Shown here one piece after another: positions 59,970-64,000 of a stretch of DNA of 64,000 nucleotides; positions within the stretch are counted from its first letter, which is position 1, and the number at the start of each line of letters is the position of its first letter. The notes below the pieces were generated by a model, which searched no databases, was not told the DNA's origin, and saw nothing but the letters and a program-made list of their open reading frames with translations. Both the position numbers and the translations under genes were made by a program. Source of the DNA: Bacillaceae bacterium (GTDB taxonomy: Bacteria > Bacillota > Bacilli > JACDOE01); assembly GCA_017656255.1 (NCBI GenBank), contig JACDOE010000001.1:497205-561204 (forward strand), read 5' to 3'.

Positions 59970-60353
59970 TTATTTTGCTGCATCGATTGCCTGCATCAAA
60001 TTTTGCTCAACGCGCTCTGCGGTTTCACGCAGTGACGAATCATCCACCATGTTGATCAGTTGAGTAGGTTTCGGCATGCCGATGTAGTTTTGTCCGTCTT
60101 TTTCATAGACGACAATCTTACACGGAAGAAAATATCCCACCATGGAATTAGTCGTCAACACCTTGTTCGCTTCCCCCGGACTGCACACTTCAAGAACCCG
60201 GTAAGGTTGTTGAAAATCGAAACCTTTGTTTTGCAGAGTTGCCGTAATGTCAAAATCCCAGAGGATCCCGAACTTTCGCTCCTTCAATGTGGCTTCCAGT
60301 GCTTTGACCGCTTCATCCAGACTCTTGTCGGTCGTAACGGTATAATGAAACAT
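59970..60353 (-). CDS. DUF302-domain protein
   Basis: 127 aa with a DUF302-like fold pattern. Sits between the HesB-like ORF and the TusA gene. Confidence 0.55.
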   Translation of the reverse strand: MFHYTVTTDKSLDEAVKALEATLKERKFGILWDFDITATLQNKGFDFQQPYRVLEVCSPGEANKVLTTNSMVGYFLPCKIVVYEKDGQNYIGMPKPTQLINMVDDSSLRETAERVEQNLMQAIDAAK

Positions 60354-60477
60354 GTGATGACCTCCTATCTGAATCCGGCATAAGACTATAAGACAGTATT
60401 ATGAGTCAAACACCGGTTTTCGTTGTATAATGTAGAAAAGAAAGGACACCGGTTAAGATGCCCTTTCTTTTAACCTC

Positions 60478-60705
60478 TTAATTTTTGCGTACATAGAACT
60501 TGTATACGCCATCTTCTTCTTCGTGTTTAATCAATTCATGATTCGTTTGCTTGACCCAGCTTTGAAAATCTTTTACAGAACCTTTGTCCGTAGACAAAAG
60601 CTCCATTACCTGGCCGGGCTCCATGGAATCGATGGCTTTTTTAGCCTTCACAACAGGCATCGGACAGGAAAGTCCTTTTGCATCTACCGTTTGATCCACT
60701 TTCAT
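60478..60705 (-). CDS. TusA-like sulfurtransferase
   Basis: CPxP motif (GLSCPMPVVKAKKAI). 75 aa. Confidence 0.8.
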   Translation of the reverse strand: MKVDQTVDAKGLSCPMPVVKAKKAIDSMEPGQVMELLSTDKGSVKDFQSWVKQTNHELIKHEEEDGVYKFYVRKN

Positions 60706-60736
60706 CTAGATTCCCTCCCTGGATATGTTATTTATG

Positions 60737-61870
60737 TTATGCGGTGTGATGAACCGCGCAACGATTAGGTCCGATTTCCAGCTCAACCGCTTCTTCGCTG
60801 GAAGGAGTCAATTCACCACGGTTAATGCCAACGATTTTTTCAAAGTTCGGCGGTTTAACCGAAGATGCAGATTTTTCAACTTCTGCCAGGAAAGCATCTT
60901 TATCCGTGGTTTGCATAATTTCATTGTTTTTACGGATGTTACCCAGTGTTTCCCCAACGATACCGTTGTCTGCCATCTCAGACTTGATGTCCGCAAAGTG
61001 AGCCGGCAATACCAGTACATCATCGGCAATTTCAGCAATTTTTTCAAATACGGTGTTGTACAGATCCTGAGCCCACTCCTTAACTTTACCACCGAGGTCC
61101 GGACGTCCCAGTCCGCCTACGAAAATGGTGTCTCCGGAAAGCAGGTACTTGTCATTGATGAAGAAAGATACACTACCCGGCGTGTGTCCCGGTGTTTTCA
61201 CAGCGAGCACTTCTACTTTGACATTGTTAAACTTGATTTCATCGTAATCTTCAAGTGCTTCGTGATCATAGTTGGCCCCTTCACTCTTCATCAGGTAGTA
61301 TTTAGCTCCGGTTTTTTCTACCAGGTCACGGGCACCGGAAATGTGGTCGGCATGAAGGTGAGAGTCCAAAATGTGTGTAATTTTGGCTCCGTCTTTTTCA
61401 GCAAGTTGAATGTATTCATCAACGTGACGAGCAGGGTCTAAGACAAGTGCTTCCCCATCGGATACAACCACATAGGACAGGCACCCTTTGGAAACACGGT
61501 TGACCTGATACAGTTTGAAGTTATCTTCTTCAACAACCGGAGTGGCATAATAGTACTGGGACCATTCTTTCATGCCGCCTTGCAGGTAGGAAGCATCAAG
61601 CCCCGCTTCTACCAGCTGATCAGCGACGAATTTGGAAGATCCTTCCTTGGCACAGACCACCAGAATCGGTTTATCTTTCGGCAGTTTATCGAGATGTGCC
61701 TCAGTTCCGTCAAGGAAATCGAAATAAGGGATATTAAGGCTTGTTACCGTTTTCCCTTCAATTTTCCAGTCATTGTACTCCTCTTCATTCCGAACATCGA
61801 GAATGAAGACGTCTTTTTTGGCCAGGATGTCCTTAAACACCTGATCGGAAGTCACCATTTTTGCACTCAT
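60737..61870 (-). CDS. Rhodanese-like domain fused to MBL-fold persulfide dioxygenase-type hydrolase (YrkH/CstB-like)
   Basis: N-terminal rhodanese-like fold (FILDVRNEEEY). C-terminal MBL motifs (HLHADHISG, TPGHTPGS). Gene order matches B. subtilis yrkEFHI and S. aureus cst clusters. Confidence 0.7.
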   Translation of the reverse strand: MSAKMVTSDQVFKDILAKKDVFILDVRNEEEYNDWKIEGKTVTSLNIPYFDFLDGTEAHLDKLPKDKPILVVCAKEGSSKFVADQLVEAGLDASYLQGGMKEWSQYYYATPVVEEDNFKLYQVNRVSKGCLSYVVVSDGEALVLDPARHVDEYIQLAEKDGAKITHILDSHLHADHISGARDLVEKTGAKYYLMKSEGANYDHEALEDYDEIKFNNVKVEVLAVKTPGHTPGSVSFFINDKYLLSGDTIFVGGLGRPDLGGKVKEWAQDLYNTVFEKIAEIADDVLVLPAHFADIKSEMADNGIVGETLGNIRKNNEIMQTTDKDAFLAEVEKSASSVKPPNFEKIVGINRGELTPSSEEAVELEIGPNRCAVHHTA

Positions 61871-61956
61871 TTGAACCTCTCCTTTTCTCTATAAAGATTT
61901 AACCTTTTTATCCACGATTCTTTTGTTCTATTCTTTTATTCCATGACATCAGACTT

Positions 61957-62352
61957 TTAGAAAGTAACGGTTACGTCGGCATCATAGGCAAAATCAAGGA
62001 AAGTAGCGGCTCCGCCGACTTCAATACCGTCTACAAAATCTTCCTTCTCCAGTCCCATAACATCCATGGTCATCTGGCAGGCGATGAATTTCACGCCGGA
62101 TTCTTTTGCAACTTCAAGAAGTTCACTGATGCTGGGCACCCCTGCATTTTTAAATCCTTCCATGAAGTGTTCTTTACCAGGTCCCATGCTTAACTGCTTA
62201 TGTGCTTCTTTATGAATGATATTCAGTCCTTCGAAAGTGAAGAAGATCTCTACTTCTGCATCGGTTGCTGCCGCAGCAGTTCCGATATTCAATGCTTTAT
62301 AAGCGTCATCCAATCCACCAGAGCTTGCAATAATTGCTACTTTTTTTGCCAT
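61957..62352 (-). CDS. DsrE/DsrF-like sulfur-relay family protein (YrkE-like)
   Basis: KVAIIASSGGLD...FIACQMTMD pattern of DsrE-like proteins. AAGGAGAGG RBS before MAKKV. Confidence 0.65.
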   Translation of the reverse strand: MAKKVAIIASSGGLDDAYKALNIGTAAAATDAEVEIFFTFEGLNIIHKEAHKQLSMGPGKEHFMEGFKNAGVPSISELLEVAKESGVKFIACQMTMDVMGLEKEDFVDGIEVGGAATFLDFAYDADVTVTF

Positions 62353-62435
62353 TTCTTTACCTCTCCTTTTTATTTTAATCATTTTTTTAAAATACGTAAA
62401 CAGGTTAGGGTATAAAATTGTTAAAAAATTTTCAT

Positions 62436-63014
62436 TTATTTTTCAATTGGCCCATTCCACTGGCTCATTCCGGGCAACACATTTTTCAAGTTCTTAAACC
62501 CTTTATCGGACAGTAACTGGCAGGCCATATCACTGCGGTTCCCGGTACGGCAAACCACATAGATTTCTTTATCTTTATCCAGTTCATCTATATGCTGTTC
62601 AAGTTCGCCGAATGAATAGTTAACGGCTCCGGGAATGTGACCGAAGGCATATTCTGCTTCTTCTCTGACATCAAGGATAATCGCATTCGGATCATCAATT
62701 TTGGCTTGTAGTTCATCATTGGAAATGGTGTGCGGATATTTCTTTTCTTCTTTCACTTCATCCGGGTTTGACTTGCGGATGTAGTGCTTCAGCACACCCT
62801 CTTCATCCAGGCTGCCCAGGTAATCATGCCCGGTGCTGTTTGCCCAGCCTTTGATATCAGCCAGTGACCCTTTATCAGTCGCGATAACCTCCAGAACCTG
62901 ACCCGGTTCCAGGTTTTCCATCGCCTTTTTGGTTTTTACGACAGGCATCGGGCAGGACAATCCCTGGCAATCCAATGTTTCGTCAGCTTTAATCTGGTTG
63001 GTAATGTTGGACAT
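62436..63014 (-). CDS. TusA-rhodanese fusion sulfurtransferase (YrkF-like)
   Basis: N-terminal CPxP (GLSCPMPVVKTKKAM). C-terminal rhodanese with active-site loop CRTGNRS. Confidence 0.8.
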   Translation of the reverse strand: MSNITNQIKADETLDCQGLSCPMPVVKTKKAMENLEPGQVLEVIATDKGSLADIKGWANSTGHDYLGSLDEEGVLKHYIRKSNPDEVKEEKKYPHTISNDELQAKIDDPNAIILDVREEAEYAFGHIPGAVNYSFGELEQHIDELDKDKEIYVVCRTGNRSDMACQLLSDKGFKNLKNVLPGMSQWNGPIEK

Positions 63015-63040
63015 TCGTTTCCATCCTCCTTATACGATCC

Positions 63041-63358
63041 TTATTCTACATCTCCGGTCCAGGCCATCATGCCACCGACCATGTTTTTCAAATTTTTAAA
63101 GCCCTGTTGTGACAGGAATTCACAGGCCATTCCACTGCGGTTTCCACTCCGGCAGATCATAATTGTCTCTTGATTCGGATCAATCTCAGAGGCTCTTGCT
63201 GCGATTTCTGAGAGCGAAATCAGTTTCGCACCGGGTATATGGCCGCTTGCATATTCATCCGGTTCACGAACATCAATCAGCTGAACCGGTTTTCCACTTT
63301 CAATCATCTGTTTGACTTCGTCAGGAGTGATGTTTTCCCATTTCTGATCTACAAACAT
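63041..63358 (-). CDS. Single-domain rhodanese (thiosulfate sulfurtransferase-like)
   Basis: Active-site loop CRSGNRSGMA. GGAGGAGG RBS. Confidence 0.8.
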   Translation of the reverse strand: MFVDQKWENITPDEVKQMIESGKPVQLIDVREPDEYASGHIPGAKLISLSEIAARASEIDPNQETIMICRSGNRSGMACEFLSQQGFKNLKNMVGGMMAWTGDVE

Positions 63359-63400
63359 CTGTTGTCACCTCCTCCTATCCCGTTACCTTTAAAATACTAT

Positions 63401-63416
63401 TACCCCTATGGGTACA
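63401..63416. promoter_or_regulatory. CsoR/CstR-type operator-like palindrome (site 2)
   Basis: + strand TTACCCCTATGGGTAC (minus strand GTACCCATAGGGGTAA): a G/C-tract pseudo-palindrome of the ATACC...GGGGTAT type. It lies ~45 nt upstream of the rhodanese start. Confidence 0.4.
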
Positions 63417-63475
63417 TGGTAAAGTATAATGAATGAGTGTCAAGTTTAGAAGTTTTTTGGTTTCTCTCTATACAT

Positions 63476-63493
63476 ATACCCCCATAGGTATCT
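63476..63493. promoter_or_regulatory. CsoR/CstR-type operator-like palindrome (site 1), overlapping the predicted transcription start
   Basis: Minus strand ATACCTATGGGGGTATAT, immediately downstream of the -10 hexamer. Confidence 0.45.
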
Positions 63494-63503
63494 TCAAGAA
63501 TTA

Positions 63504-63532
63504 TTATAGGTGTGATTAATGTCATTGTCAAT
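63504..63532 (-). promoter_or_regulatory. Sigma-A promoter for the rhodanese/TusA/DsrE/PDO operon (TTGACA-N17-TATAAT)
   Basis: Minus strand TTGACAatgacattaatcacaccTATAAT, perfect consensus hexamers. Confidence 0.7.
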
Positions 63533-63571
63533 ACGTAAAAAACATTTTTTTAACTATTCCGATGTGTCCCG

Positions 63572-63610
63572 TAAAAAAAGGAAAAGCAACATCATCGAAG
63601 ATGTTGCTTC
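63572..63610 (-). terminator. Intrinsic terminator (minus strand) upstream of the sulfur-cluster promoter
   Basis: aagcaacat-cttcgatg-atgttgctt then ttccttttttt on the minus strand. Confidence 0.7.
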
Positions 63611-63845
63611 GTTAATTAAGGGGTGGAATCCTGCGGCGGCAAAAACCTCTTACTTCATAAACGATTGAATCAACAGGTAGGCTCCTGCCAGGAGCCAGAC
63701 GATCGTACCCGGTCAGAGAGGAATTGATTTCAACCCTTTCTTTCGGGAAGGATCGGGAACACCTCAGGTTGAACCGCTGCAGTGTTGATTTGAAGTTGTA
63801 TCCGTGACAATCTGTTCATCCGTTAAGTTCTTATCATGATGATTC

Positions 63846-64000
63846 ATTGTTTCTCAACCTGTATCATATAAAATTGATCGTGAATACTTCTGGATGCCGT
63901 CACGTGAAACCCTTCACTGGATAGAACCGGGATGAGCTCCTCTTTATCAATCCGTTCATGGTACGGAGGGCCCTGTTCCATCTCTTTTTTCTCCCAGTCT
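63846..64000 (-). CDS. C-terminal fragment of an unidentified protein (gene continues beyond window end)
   Basis: Open minus-strand frame ...DWEKKEMEQGPPYHERIDKEELIPVLSSEGFHVTASRSIHDQFYMIQVEKQ ends at the TGA at 63846. No start inside the window. Confidence 0.35.

Noticed and set aside
63239-63436. 65-aa plus-strand ORF overlapping the rhodanese gene start and operator region
   Set aside because: Antisense to a well-supported gene, no RBS, low-complexity proline-rich translation.
1-64000. CRISPR arrays, tRNA or rRNA genes, intact insertion sequences or prophage modules
   Set aside because: No direct-repeat/spacer periodicity, no cloverleaf-like tRNA candidates in intergenic regions, no rRNA-like segments, and no intact transposase or integrase ORFs were found.

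Overview
This 64-kb window looks like a chromosomal segment from an endospore-forming Bacillaceae member (roughly 45% GC, typical Firmicute ribosome-binding sites). About 70 protein genes are supported, with no rRNA, tRNA or CRISPR array found. From start to end the window contains:

- a spore-coat-like module: a CotS-family kinase-like protein, a GT4/GT2 fusion glycosyltransferase with a polybasic tail, a second GT4, and a protein of four acidic 84-bp tandem repeats;
- moaB, an MBL hydrolase, a 5'-3' exonuclease, pepF, a secreted M6-like metalloprotease and a LysM-SleB-type cell wall hydrolase;
- a YtvI-like AI-2E transporter, and leuCD with a divergent LysR regulator, flanked by two YheC/YheD ATP-grasp genes;
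- yhaM, then a ba3-type cytochrome oxidase operon preceded by a TGTGA-N6-TCACA (Fnr/Rex-type) site;
- a YyaL-like thioredoxin-domain protein;
- a sensor kinase (periplasmic solute-binding domain) plus an NtrC-type sigma-54 activator, followed by a near-consensus sigma-54 promoter and a TAXI-type TRAP transporter with two tandem receptors;
- a decayed region (ISLre2-family transposase remnant, truncated gene, AT-rich NUDIX/GNAT segment);
- a Fur-box-controlled siderophore ABC importer, a methyltransferase/SigZ-like sigma/DUF2703 operon, and M50 and rhomboid proteases side by side;
- a SleL-like LysM-GH18 enzyme, and finally a persulfide/sulfur-trafficking cluster (rhodanese, TusA-rhodanese, DsrE-like, rhodanese-MBL dioxygenase, TusA, DUF302) behind a sigma-A promoter carrying two CsoR/CstR-type operator palindromes.

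The most unusual observation is two independent in-frame TGA codons that fall at conserved cysteine positions: one in an IscA/HesB-like ORF next to the sulfur cluster, and one in a PCYCGC-motif lipoprotein where the TGA is followed by Gly-Ile-Cys (a UxxC motif). This suggests the organism decodes selenocysteine.

All coordinates were derived by hand from the printed sequence. Regulatory-site positions may be off by 1-2 nt.
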